This document shows, one piece after another, positions 27,615-37,387 of a stretch of DNA of 64,000 nucleotides. The stretch's first letter is position 1, and every line of letters begins with the position of its first letter. The translations under genes were made by a program, and so were the position numbers. This stretch comes from Promethearchaeota archaeon (GTDB lineage: Archaea; Asgardarchaeota; Lokiarchaeia; Sigyniarchaeales; SOKP01), in the NCBI GenBank assembly GCA_048939995.1, contig JBHLOY010000001.1, positions 302,349-366,348 on the forward strand. Reading direction: 5' to 3'. Under the pieces are notes generated by a model, which saw nothing but the letters and a program-made list of their open reading frames with translations, was not told the origin of the DNA and searched no databases.

Positions 27615-29834
27615 ATGACTGAAATAACCTGCAGGCTTTGTAATGAAAGTATTAGTTTTAATATTGAAGATAAGGAGTCTTATTTACATAAAAGCGAAAC
27701 TGGAAATCCAATAATTGGAAAATTGTATACAATACGAGTAGGACATCAATACAAAAGAGGTTTAATACATATCAATGTAGTTGTTATTGATGAAAAGGGA
27801 GAGTATCGAGCCCATAAAGATTATTACGAAGAAAAGGAATTAAAGCAGAAATCTTTTGACAAATGGGAAAGATTTTTGCACCAGATTCCAATAGAAATTA
27901 GATCTTATTTAACTTTAGCAAATGATAATGAAAAGAGAATCTTATCCTCAATTACAGACCCGTTAAATAAGTCACCAACTGAATTGTATTATAATTTAGC
28001 AAGATTAAAACTCGAAAATCCATTTAGTCAGTTGTTAAGCTTTTTAGCTGTGAAATGGGGTTTTATAATTGGAACAGGAAAGTCACTTTTACAAGAGAAT
28101 TATCTTTCTAATTCTTGGAGTTATCCAATATATTTACGTTTGCAAGCAAGATTTTCCCCTAAGCCAGAACTGGTGGAGATCATAAAAGGCTTGGATTTTA
28201 GTTCAGCCCCAGCTTTAATGCAATTAGAAGTAGCAATTGCCAAAGCGGAAATATATCTTCGTTTAAGTGAATACAATTTATTAGAAGAATTATATAATGA
28301 GTCCTTAAAAAATTGGGGTCATGAGACGTCTATTGAAATGAAGAGTGGTTGGATGTTAATTCAAGGGTATTATGGATTTGGTTTTTATTTTCTTGGAAAT
28401 ATAAATAAAGCTATAAAATTAATAGAACCTGCTTTTAATTTTGGACAAATAATTGAGAATCGTGAAATAATTAATGTTGTGGGGAATTTTTATGCAGCAG
28501 TACTTCAGTCTAGCGGAGAGTTAGAAAAAACTCTGCAGACTTACCATATTGTTTTGAATGTGAGTGAGGATATGGGAGATGAGAGAACAAAAGCAGTAAT
28601 CTCATCAAATATGTCTGTTGTTGAATCAAAACAAGGATTATATGATCAAGCTTTAGAGCGTCAGAGAGCTATTTTGGAATTACCCATTGTTAAGGATGAG
28701 TACTTTTTAAAAATGTCTCTCCAGAGTATTATAGCTGAGACTCTCTTTATTGCTGAGCATTATGAGGAATCAATAGACTTATGTAAGACTTTAATTTTTG
28801 ACAGAAATATGCCTACAAATTATAAATTTGATACGCTTTCTACTCTTAAAAAGATTGCTGGTAAGACTGACTCTCCTGAATTATTAGAATTTGTTAAAAA
28901 TCATTTAATAGATGATAAAGAATTTTTAGAATCTCCAGTTAATAAAATCTTTAATTATGATTTAAAGGCTATTGATGCTAAGCTGCAGGAAAAATGGGAT
29001 GAATTGGTTGATTTGTTGAAGAAAGAACGCAAAATTATGTTTAGTAACAATTTAATTGAAGATGCTAGCGATATCGAAATTAGGCTCGCTGAAGGCTACT
29101 TTAAATTATACCAACAATTTGAAAAACTTGAGGATCTGAATCATGCATATAGTCACTTAGATCTTGCTAAGATGATTGCATTTGAACGTCAAAATTATTT
29201 AGACCTATGTAGATTAGAGATACTTAAGGGACTACTCGCAAACGAAAGCAAAGTAACTGATCAAGCAGAATTAAATCTAAAAAATGCGCTAAAAATTGCT
29301 CAAGAGCACAATTTGCAAAATCTAGAGCCCCAAATTGTTGAACAACTTGATCAATTAGATAAAGGAATAATTGAAAAATCAGCAAGTTCATTTCTACGAA
29401 AATTATTTAATAGATTATCATTCAGGAAAGCTGAAGAAGCAAAACCTAAACAAGAAGGTGTAGTGTATACAATTTTTGTTGCAAATCAAGATTCAACTTG
29501 GAAATTGGTATTACAGAATGAAAAAGTGGGATCTTCTGAATATACCCATTATTTGTTAGGTTTTCGTGATTTGTGGGAACAATTAAGGAGAACTGATATT
29601 AATCAACCAAAAAATTACTTTAATACAGAAAAAGGAGCAGTTCTAATTGAGAATTCTCCTAATTTTCAATTAATTACTCTATGCGATCAGTTGGATTATT
29701 TAACAAGATTAACTCTTCAAAATATTTTGCCCACATTAGAAGAGTTTTCATTTAAATATATTCCCGAAGAGTTGTCTCAAAAAGTACTGGAGCTTATAAA
29801 TACTAATATCACAAAATTCATTAAAGTTGATTAA
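27615..29834 (+). CDS. TPR-repeat protein with possible C-terminal longin/roadblock-like domain
   Basis: Central TPR-like helical repeats (GNINKAI, GELEKTL, GLYDQAL). The C-terminal ~125 aa has a beta-beta-alpha-beta-beta-beta-alpha pattern. Confidence 0.7.
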   Translation: MTEITCRLCNESISFNIEDKESYLHKSETGNPIIGKLYTIRVGHQYKRGLIHINVVVIDEKGEYRAHKDYYEEKELKQKSFDKWERFLHQIPIEIRSYLTLANDNEKRILSSITDPLNKSPTELYYNLARLKLENPFSQLLSFLAVKWGFIIGTGKSLLQENYLSNSWSYPIYLRLQARFSPKPELVEIIKGLDFSSAPALMQLEVAIAKAEIYLRLSEYNLLEELYNESLKNWGHETSIEMKSGWMLIQGYYGFGFYFLGNINKAIKLIEPAFNFGQIIENREIINVVGNFYAAVLQSSGELEKTLQTYHIVLNVSEDMGDERTKAVISSNMSVVESKQGLYDQALERQRAILELPIVKDEYFLKMSLQSIIAETLFIAEHYEESIDLCKTLIFDRNMPTNYKFDTLSTLKKIAGKTDSPELLEFVKNHLIDDKEFLESPVNKIFNYDLKAIDAKLQEKWDELVDLLKKERKIMFSNNLIEDASDIEIRLAEGYFKLYQQFEKLEDLNHAYSHLDLAKMIAFERQNYLDLCRLEILKGLLANESKVTDQAELNLKNALKIAQEHNLQNLEPQIVEQLDQLDKGIIEKSASSFLRKLFNRLSFRKAEEAKPKQEGVVYTIFVANQDSTWKLVLQNEKVGSSEYTHYLLGFRDLWEQLRRTDINQPKNYFNTEKGAVLIENSPNFQLITLCDQLDYLTRLTLQNILPTLEEFSFKYIPEELSQKVLELINTNITKFIKVD

Positions 29835-29878
29835 AATATTTAATAAATAAATAATGGAATAAAATTTGGTCTTATAAT

Positions 29879-30895
29879 ATGGAACCAAACATTGCAGCCT
29901 TAAATGCCCTCAAATATGTTTTAGAAGCAAAACCAGGTGAATCAATACTTATTATTTCTGATGATGTGAAAAAAGAAGTAGGTCAAGCATTTGCTAAAGG
30001 AGCGATTGAATTAGGCTTATGGACTCGCTTGGTCATTTTAAATACAGAATTAAACTTATTCAGAACAGAAATTCCAAGTAATTTGTTAGAAATGTTAAAC
30101 TCATCTTATAAACCAGACATTTATATTAACACGTTAAGAGATACGGCTAAAGAAACCCCATTCAGAATTAAAATTATTCAATTACAAACTCGAAAGCACT
30201 TATCCCGATTGGGTCATTGTCCTGGTATAACAATGGATATGTTATCAGAGGGAGCTTTATCCCTTTCAAAAGAAGAGCATACTGAAATGCAAAATAACGC
30301 TCGAAATCTATTAAATATATTGCAAGATGTTGATAAGGTCCTTGTGAAGGCCCCAGCAGGTTCAAATTTTGAATTGAGTGTTCAAGAACGTACATGGTTT
30401 AGTGACACCTTCCTTAATTGGAAGGAGATGAAATGGATGAATTTACCTACTGGTGAAGTTCTTGTAGGCCCTATTGAAAATTCTATGAATGGAACGTTGG
30501 TATGTGATTTAGCTATAGGTGGTATTGGGCCTATTAAGAAGCAAGTGAAGTTAGAGGTCCAAGATGGACGTGTTGAGAAAATTGAAAGTGATGATAAGGA
30601 TGTCCTAAAGATAGTAAAAGAAACTCAAGCTACTGATGAGATGGCAAAGTATATAGGGGAATTTGCTTTTGGTCTCAATCCTAAAGCCAGACTAGTAGAA
30701 CAATTTCTTGAATCAGAAAAAGTGGGAAATGCAGTACATGTTGCTTTCGGCAATAATATAGATTATCCAGGGGTAGTAGCAAATAATTCAGCAAATCATC
30801 AAGATTTTCTAATTAATAAACCATCAGTAGATATTATCTACTCTAATGGCCGTTCTCGAAGAGTGATGGAAAAAGGTAAACTATCTTTAAAATGA
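29879..30895 (+). CDS. Aminopeptidase, M29 (AmpS/AmpT-like)
   Basis: NLPTGEV, IGEFAFGLNP, ESEK, HVAFG and HQD. Confidence 0.9.
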   Translation: MEPNIAALNALKYVLEAKPGESILIISDDVKKEVGQAFAKGAIELGLWTRLVILNTELNLFRTEIPSNLLEMLNSSYKPDIYINTLRDTAKETPFRIKIIQLQTRKHLSRLGHCPGITMDMLSEGALSLSKEEHTEMQNNARNLLNILQDVDKVLVKAPAGSNFELSVQERTWFSDTFLNWKEMKWMNLPTGEVLVGPIENSMNGTLVCDLAIGGIGPIKKQVKLEVQDGRVEKIESDDKDVLKIVKETQATDEMAKYIGEFAFGLNPKARLVEQFLESEKVGNAVHVAFGNNIDYPGVVANNSANHQDFLINKPSVDIIYSNGRSRRVMEKGKLSLK

Positions 30896-30954
30896 ATTTT
30901 TCCTGTTATAATTAATGTTATAATTTCCACTATAGAACAAGATAATAAATCAGT

Positions 30955-31380
30955 TTATAGAGGTTCTCTTACTAAATAGTAGGTTTTTTCAGAATTACAT
31001 TTTGGACATATAGTTTTGCTTTCCCTTGAAGCTGTTTTATCTTCCCACTCTTCATTACAATTTAAACATCCATATCCAATAAAACCTTTTTTAACGTCAA
31101 CATTACCACCATATACCGTAATAAATTTTCCCTCCATTAAGGCTTGGGTTACTTTTTGATGAGCTCCCTCTAGTATTCTAGAAAAAGTAGGTTGAGATAC
31201 TCCCATCTTTTCAGCAGAATCTTTTTGATTCAACTTGATATAATGTTTGAGGCGTAAAGCCTCAAATTCAGCCATATTTATAACTACTTGATTTTCAGAT
31301 GGGCGTTTCTCTATCATCCTATGAAAATACTGATTATCAGGGGGGTTTTTTATCATTCTCATTCTTGTTCGGCGGCCCAT
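30955..31380 (-). CDS. DUF134 HTH protein with C-terminal zinc ribbon
   Basis: EFEALRL, MGVSQPTFSRIL, CLNC...CPKC. The ORF-track GTG at 31389 is probably the SD, so the ATG at 31380 is used. Confidence 0.88.
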   Translation of the reverse strand: MGRRTRMRMIKNPPDNQYFHRMIEKRPSENQVVINMAEFEALRLKHYIKLNQKDSAEKMGVSQPTFSRILEGAHQKVTQALMEGKFITVYGGNVDVKKGFIGYGCLNCNEEWEDKTASRESKTICPKCNSEKTYYLVREPL

Positions 31381-31577
31381 AATAATCACTATTATATTAT
31401 TTATATTTGAAATATTTATTCATTTACTTATTCAAATTTCTTATAATAATAATGAAAATTTTAATCCTTTGTTTTTGAATCATAATCACTTTAATTGATT
31501 CTCAGATTCATCATTATATTTAAAAATACATAAATCTAATCTATATCTAATTTTAATAAAAAAAAGAGACAAAATAT

Positions 31578-32966
31578 ATGACCGAAAAAGAAGTTGAAAT
31601 ACATCACTCAAAGAAAAACATGGCATCATATGGATTTGCGAAATTTTTAAGTGAATTTATAGAGATGGCTTTTGCGACCTGGGCATTTGCTTATTATCAA
31701 AGTGTACTTGGATTACATCCAATCTATGTGGGAGTAGGATTTGCATTATTCGCTATTTGGAATGCTGTCAATGACCCTCTTTTAGGTTTTATCACAAATA
31801 GACCTTTTAAATTTACTAGAAAGTGGGGACGTAGGTTTCCTTGGATTATAATCGGAGGTATTCCTTATATCTTAAGTTATACATTAATTTTTTTACCTAT
31901 AAATGTAGATCCTGTGTCTGATGCGTGGATACTTTTTGTCTGGCTAATTTTTTCTACATGCCTATACGACACTTTTAATTCAATATTTTTTATAAACTAT
32001 GTATCTTTATTTCCTGATAAATTTCGCTCTGTGAAAGAACGTAGAACTGCAACAGCAATACAAACACCTATTGGAATCATTGGTATTGCTCTGGGCTTTC
32101 TTATACCGCCATTAATAGTTGATGATGCCTTTCCCTTTACTTTTATCATTCAAGGAGCAATAATTAGTGCGATAGGTCTAGAAGTATTAGCTTTAGCAAT
32201 ACCAGGATGTACAGAAGACCAAATAACTATTGATAAATATCTGAATAAACATAAAGATTATGTTAAAGAGACGTCATTCTTTAAATCATTAAAAACAGCG
32301 TTTAAACAAAAAAACTTTGTGATTTTCATTATTAGTTACACACTATATCGTTTTCTAATTATCTCTATTCAAGCATCTATTTATTACGTAGTTACATTTA
32401 TCATGGGCGAACAAGAAGAAATAATGACTTATCTTTCAGCGAGTTTTCTTATAGGGGCACTATTCAGCTCCCCTCTATGGGCTTTATTGGCACAAAAAAC
32501 AAATAATAATAAAAAAGTTATGGTTATTTCAAGTTTTGTGCTCGTAGCTACTACAATTCCATTAATGTTTATTGATAACTGGGTTTTTATGCTTTTTCCG
32601 ATCGTTTTATGGGGTGTAGGGGAAGGTGGATACTGGGCGATGATAGCTCCAGTGTTAGGTGATGTAATTGATGAGAGTGTTACTCTCACTAAAAAGAGAG
32701 AAGAGGGATTATATAATGGGTTTCTTCAGTTCTTTGGTAGACTTGGGCTTCTTATGCAAGCTGCTTCTTTTACAATCATTATGCTTATAACCTCATTCCA
32801 TGTCGATCCTTATTCTGGATCTGCTCTTTTCGGAATAGACCTCTTTTTTGCCTTAATTCCTGGAGTTGCAATGCTGATTGGTAGCATTATATTTCTAAAA
32901 TATTTCAAACTAACTCCTGATAAAGTTAAAGAAAATCAAGAAATAGTTAAAAAATTAGGATTGTAA
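31578..32966 (+). CDS. MFS transporter, GPH/MelB-like
   Basis: WNAVNDPLLG, WGRRFPW and DVIDE...RE EG motifs; about 12 TM. Confidence 0.9.
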   Translation: MTEKEVEIHHSKKNMASYGFAKFLSEFIEMAFATWAFAYYQSVLGLHPIYVGVGFALFAIWNAVNDPLLGFITNRPFKFTRKWGRRFPWIIIGGIPYILSYTLIFLPINVDPVSDAWILFVWLIFSTCLYDTFNSIFFINYVSLFPDKFRSVKERRTATAIQTPIGIIGIALGFLIPPLIVDDAFPFTFIIQGAIISAIGLEVLALAIPGCTEDQITIDKYLNKHKDYVKETSFFKSLKTAFKQKNFVIFIISYTLYRFLIISIQASIYYVVTFIMGEQEEIMTYLSASFLIGALFSSPLWALLAQKTNNNKKVMVISSFVLVATTIPLMFIDNWVFMLFPIVLWGVGEGGYWAMIAPVLGDVIDESVTLTKKREEGLYNGFLQFFGRLGLLMQAASFTIIMLITSFHVDPYSGSALFGIDLFFALIPGVAMLIGSIIFLKYFKLTPDKVKENQEIVKKLGL

Positions 32967-33473
32967 CTCATCTTAAAATCTTTTTTTTTTCAGATTGATA
33001 ATTTTAAAAAATAATCTTATCTAAAAAGATTATAAGAATTAAATAAAAATTAGTAAATAACATAAATCATTACTTGGTGGGTCAAAATTCGGTATATTGA
33101 ATATCAAATAATAATTGGAGATGCACCTCCTGGAATAATAATTGAGGATATTAAAAATAGTGCTACTCCCGGAAGAATTGATCATATTGAGGAATATATT
33201 AATGAAGCAAAAAAGGAAGCAAAACTCTTCCCTAAGGGGATCATTCATCATCTCTCAACAGAAGCTTATGCTTGGAATTTTTCTTTAATCTATAAAGCCA
33301 ATAATTTTGATGTTATAAAATGGAAAACTGCTTTCTCTTGGAAAGAACTCATCGACGAAGAAAAAAATAAATCATATGAACTTGAAAAGGGCTTATTTAT
33401 AGGGGTTGTTGCGGGAGTTTTCTTTTTTTTAATAGATGAAAACATCGATAGAAATTATATAAGATTAGCAGAG

Positions 33474-34181
33474 ATGATTGACGTATTTATTCAAAAGACA
33501 AATCAAGAAGCCCCCTTTTTAGTTTATGGATTCTTAGAAAATAAAGAAAAGGCTGCCAAATTAAAGGCAAATAAAGAGATGCTAGAAAATCTTGCGGACA
33601 TAAAGGCATTAGTATCCAAGTATGGTGGCGAATTCAAACTTGAAAATTTGAAAGAAATTAAAATGAACTTGCCTTTCTTAATTAGGGAATATTCACATTA
33701 TTTTTTAACTCATTTTAAGTCAATATCTTCAAACTATTCAGATCTTAAACTTAATCAGGTTTTTTTCTTAGATTATGAGGATCTGACAGCCTTAAAAGAA
33801 ATTGAATTATCTCTTAGTGAAGAATTACAGACTGGTCAGACCGTGGATGAATTACTATCTGAATTATTTTTTAAGTATTTAAAACAATATCAGGAAAAAA
33901 TAGAAGTAATTTTAGAAACTTCCAAATCTGAAAAAATTCAAAGACCAATTCTTAATAAAACTGAAGTAATTAAGGTAATCATTGAAGAAATTAAGAAAGG
34001 CATTAGAAGACAATGCCCTAATTGTCTGAATAATGATAGGAATAAAATAAGAGAAGTAATTGACCGTGAGAATGTTATAATGGAGAATCCCAACATATAT
34101 GGTTTTAAATATATTTGCGGGATGTGTGGTCATGAGTTTACTAAAAGAGAGATGATTAAAAAAGTCGAGAAACAAGAATAA
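33474..34181 (+). CDS. Hypothetical protein with C-terminal zinc ribbon (true start probably ~33087)
   Basis: CPNC...CGMCGHEF. Frame is open for 136 codons upstream of the ATG. Confidence 0.8.
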   Translation: MIDVFIQKTNQEAPFLVYGFLENKEKAAKLKANKEMLENLADIKALVSKYGGEFKLENLKEIKMNLPFLIREYSHYFLTHFKSISSNYSDLKLNQVFFLDYEDLTALKEIELSLSEELQTGQTVDELLSELFFKYLKQYQEKIEVILETSKSEKIQRPILNKTEVIKVIIEEIKKGIRRQCPNCLNNDRNKIREVIDRENVIMENPNIYGFKYICGMCGHEFTKREMIKKVEKQE

Positions 34182-34192
34182 ATATTTTAAGG

Positions 34193-35377
34193 GTGGACAA
34201 CATTCAGATAAAATATGCTAATCGGTTAGAACGTTTACCTAAGTATATTTTTGCTGCTATTGAAGAATTAAAGGAGCAAAAAAGAAGAGTAGGTATGGAT
34301 TTAATATCCCTTGGGATTGGAGATCCAGATTTACCCACGCCAGAACTAATTATTAATGAATTAATTCAACAGGTAAAAATATCTAAAAATCAGAACTATC
34401 CTTCAAGTATGGGTGAAAGTGATTTTAGGGAAGCTGTTGCAAGATGGAATAAAGTGAGATACTCTATAAATTTAGATCCCGCAACAGAAGTATCACATGT
34501 TTTGGGTGGTAAAGAAGGAGTAGCAAATATCGCAAGAGCTTTTATCAACCCAGGAGATTTAGTCTTATGTCCAAATCCAGGATACCCTGTTTATGAAAAT
34601 GGAGCGACAAAATTGTGTGATGGAGAACCATATTTACTCCCTTTAACTAAAGATAATGGTTTTTTACCTGATATTGAATCAGTCGATACTAAGCTTCTTA
34701 AAAGAGCAAAAATAATGTACTTAAATTATCCAAATAATCCCACAGGGGCAATTGTTTCTGAAGAATTTTTAAAGAAAATAGTGGATTATGCGGAGGATTA
34801 TAAATTCATCATAATCTACGACAATCCTTATTCTGAATTCACTTTTGATGATTACATCGCACCGTCTCTTCTGCAGTTTAGTTTAGATCATGTTGAGATC
34901 AACAGTGCCTCAAAAATGTTTAATATGACAGGTTTCCGATGTGGCTGGATTGCGGGAAATGCGGATATTATTGAGGGTTTAAGAAATATAAAATCTCAAA
35001 TCGATTCAGGAGGTCCAATCTTTATTCAAAAGGCAGTAATTAAAGGCCTTAATGAATATAATTCTAATAAAAAACCCTTGATCGTCTCAGAAATCATGGA
35101 AGTCTATGAAAAAAGGCGAGATCTTTTAGTAAAAGGTCTTAATAACATGGGTTGGAAAACTGACACTCCTAAAGCGACATTTTATGTTTGGACACAAATA
35201 CCAAAAGAAGAAGGAAGCAGTATGGAATTTACAAAGAGATTAATAAATGCCGGGGTAATTGTCACACCTGGTATTGGATTTGGAAAATATGGAGAAGGAT
35301 TTGTTAGATTTGCATTAACTCAACCTCCTGAGAAAATAAAGGAAGCTTTAAAAAGAATTGAAAAAGTAATTAAATAA
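34193..35377 (+). CDS. dapL: PLP-dependent class I/II aminotransferase, LL-diaminopimelate aminotransferase-like
   Basis: LGIGDPD, GGKEG, PGYPVY, NYPNNPTG, DNPY and SASKMFNMTGFRCG. Confidence 0.8.
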   Translation: MDNIQIKYANRLERLPKYIFAAIEELKEQKRRVGMDLISLGIGDPDLPTPELIINELIQQVKISKNQNYPSSMGESDFREAVARWNKVRYSINLDPATEVSHVLGGKEGVANIARAFINPGDLVLCPNPGYPVYENGATKLCDGEPYLLPLTKDNGFLPDIESVDTKLLKRAKIMYLNYPNNPTGAIVSEEFLKKIVDYAEDYKFIIIYDNPYSEFTFDDYIAPSLLQFSLDHVEINSASKMFNMTGFRCGWIAGNADIIEGLRNIKSQIDSGGPIFIQKAVIKGLNEYNSNKKPLIVSEIMEVYEKRRDLLVKGLNNMGWKTDTPKATFYVWTQIPKEEGSSMEFTKRLINAGVIVTPGIGFGKYGEGFVRFALTQPPEKIKEALKRIEKVIK

Positions 35378-35395
35378 AAATAAAATATTAATTTA

Positions 35396-35581
35396 TTATT
35401 TCTTTTTTGAATATTTACTCCTAAGGTATCCAATTCTTCTCTGATCCTCAATTTCTATCTTTCCTTCTGAGGAATCAAAGTAGTCTAAAGAAATCATAAC
35501 AGGAGCCCTATCAGAATCCCAATTTTTATAATAATCTAATATCATTTTAGGATCTAAATTCTCTGCCGCCTTCCTCTGCAT
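35396..35581 (-). CDS. 61-aa hypothetical protein
   Basis: Perfect GGAGGTGA SD (35594-35587) just before ATG at 35581. The ORF-track GTG lies inside the SD. Confidence 0.75.
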   Translation of the reverse strand: MQRKAAENLDPKMILDYYKNWDSDRAPVMISLDYFDSSEGKIEIEDQRRIGYLRSKYSKKK

Positions 35582-35599
35582 TTTTTTCACCTCCTTTTG

Positions 35600-35815
35600 T
35601 TTATTTATTTATCACGCAGAGAGAGAAACCCTACCCCAACCTCTTTCTTAAAATGTAGTAAAATATTATGTTGAGAGAACAAATCCCAAAAAATTATTAG
35701 AAAAAGGTCAGAAAAAGGGGTTTATTCTCTCTTCATAACACTACAACTGGGATAAAGGCTCTCTTATAGCCTCCCCATGAGATTGTAGTATTATGTTGTG
35801 AAAATATCATTTTTA
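35600..35815 (-). promoter_or_regulatory. Candidate structured 5' leader or cis-regulatory RNA
   Basis: Two long stems whose G-U pairs work only on the minus strand; TATA-like TTTATAAG at 35849-35842. Confidence 0.55.
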
Positions 35816-35960
35816 TTGTTAGAAATATGAAATCGTGTAAACTTATAAATTTACCCATTTCATTCCCATTTGTTAAATTATCCCGACATTTGACTACACA
35901 GTTTTGTATAAATCATATTGTTTAAGAATTCTTTAAAGAGACTAATAATTTTAATGAATT

Positions 35961-37280
35961 ATGGACAAAAAGATTGTTTTAGTTGGAGCAGGGAGTACAT
36001 CTTTTGGACTAACTATGTTAACAGATTTATTTCATAGTAGGATATTAACAGGATCTACTATAATATTACACGATATCAATAAAGAGCATCTAGAATTAAT
36101 TTTCCAATTAATATCTGCTGAAAATAAGTATCAAAATAATAAATTCAAAATTGAATACACAACAGAGAGATCTAAAGCCTTCAAGGAAGCAGATTTTATA
36201 ATTAGCTCGATTGAAGTTGGAGAACGCTTCAAACTGTGGAGGGAAGATTATGAAGTTCCAAGAAGAAATGGATCAACACAAATTTTGGGAGAATGTGGAG
36301 GACCGGGAGGGACTATTCATGCCTTTCGAATTATTCCTTCAATTATTGATATTGTAAAAGATGCCGAGAAAATTTGCCCCGATGCTTTTTTTATAAACTT
36401 TTCAAATCCCCTTGCACGAGTATGCTTAGCAATTAAAAGAGTAACTAAAAATCTAAAATTTATTGGGCTATGTCATCAAATTGGATTTTTAAATAAGCAT
36501 TTACCTGCCCTAATAAACAAGGCTTTAGATCAAGTAAAGATTAAAGTGGGAGGCTTAAATCACTTTGCTTTTCTGCTAGGTCTAGAGGAGAGAAAGACTG
36601 GAAAAGATTTAATGCCTGAATTCAATTCAAGAGCATTAAATTATTTCAGACAGAAGGAAGATCGTTTTGAGTATTCAACTCTGACTTTTGAGGTTTATCG
36701 AAGATTTGGTTTCTTCCCCTACGTAGGAGATAACCATTTAGGAGAGCATCTTCAATTTGGTCAAGAATTTATTAAGAGCCAAGATATGATTGATTGGATT
36801 GATCAAACAGAATATAATGGAAGATTAATTTTTGAGTATATTATGTGGAGATATAAAAAATTTAAGAAAGGCAGATTCCCCAGAAAAGGCATACTTCCTA
36901 AAATATCTTCCAGAGAGAGGGCTATACCAATTATCGAAGAAATTATTCAAAATAAAAATGCCTATGAAGTTGCTGTGAATATTCCAAATGACCAAATTAT
37001 TGATAATTTGCCTCAGGATTTGATTTTAGAATGTTCTGCTATTGTTAATAAAGAAGGGGTTCATGGAATAAGGATAGGTGTAATTCCAAAACAACTTGCT
37101 GCGATATTGAATATAGAAGCAACAATACAGGACATTTGTGTTGAAGCAATACTGAAACAATCTAAAGAACTAGCAATAACTTGTTTAGCAATAGATCCTA
37201 ATGTAGGTAATTTTGAAGCGGCTGAAAGGATATTTAATGAGATAAAAAGCAAAAATAATTATTACATTTATTTTAAATAG
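35961..37280 (+). CDS. Glycoside hydrolase family 4 (NAD-dependent alpha-galactosidase/glucosidase)
   Basis: VGAGSTSF, GECGGPGG, NFSNP, GLCH and GLNHF. Confidence 0.92.
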   Translation: MDKKIVLVGAGSTSFGLTMLTDLFHSRILTGSTIILHDINKEHLELIFQLISAENKYQNNKFKIEYTTERSKAFKEADFIISSIEVGERFKLWREDYEVPRRNGSTQILGECGGPGGTIHAFRIIPSIIDIVKDAEKICPDAFFINFSNPLARVCLAIKRVTKNLKFIGLCHQIGFLNKHLPALINKALDQVKIKVGGLNHFAFLLGLEERKTGKDLMPEFNSRALNYFRQKEDRFEYSTLTFEVYRRFGFFPYVGDNHLGEHLQFGQEFIKSQDMIDWIDQTEYNGRLIFEYIMWRYKKFKKGRFPRKGILPKISSRERAIPIIEEIIQNKNAYEVAVNIPNDQIIDNLPQDLILECSAIVNKEGVHGIRIGVIPKQLAAILNIEATIQDICVEAILKQSKELAITCLAIDPNVGNFEAAERIFNEIKSKNNYYIYFK

Positions 37281-37387
37281 ACTAAGTAGAGAAATTTGTT
37301 ATTATTTTCTTGTGAATGGCATATTTTACGAATGATTAATGAAAAAACCCTAAACATTTATTTACTGATATTACTATATAATAGCTC

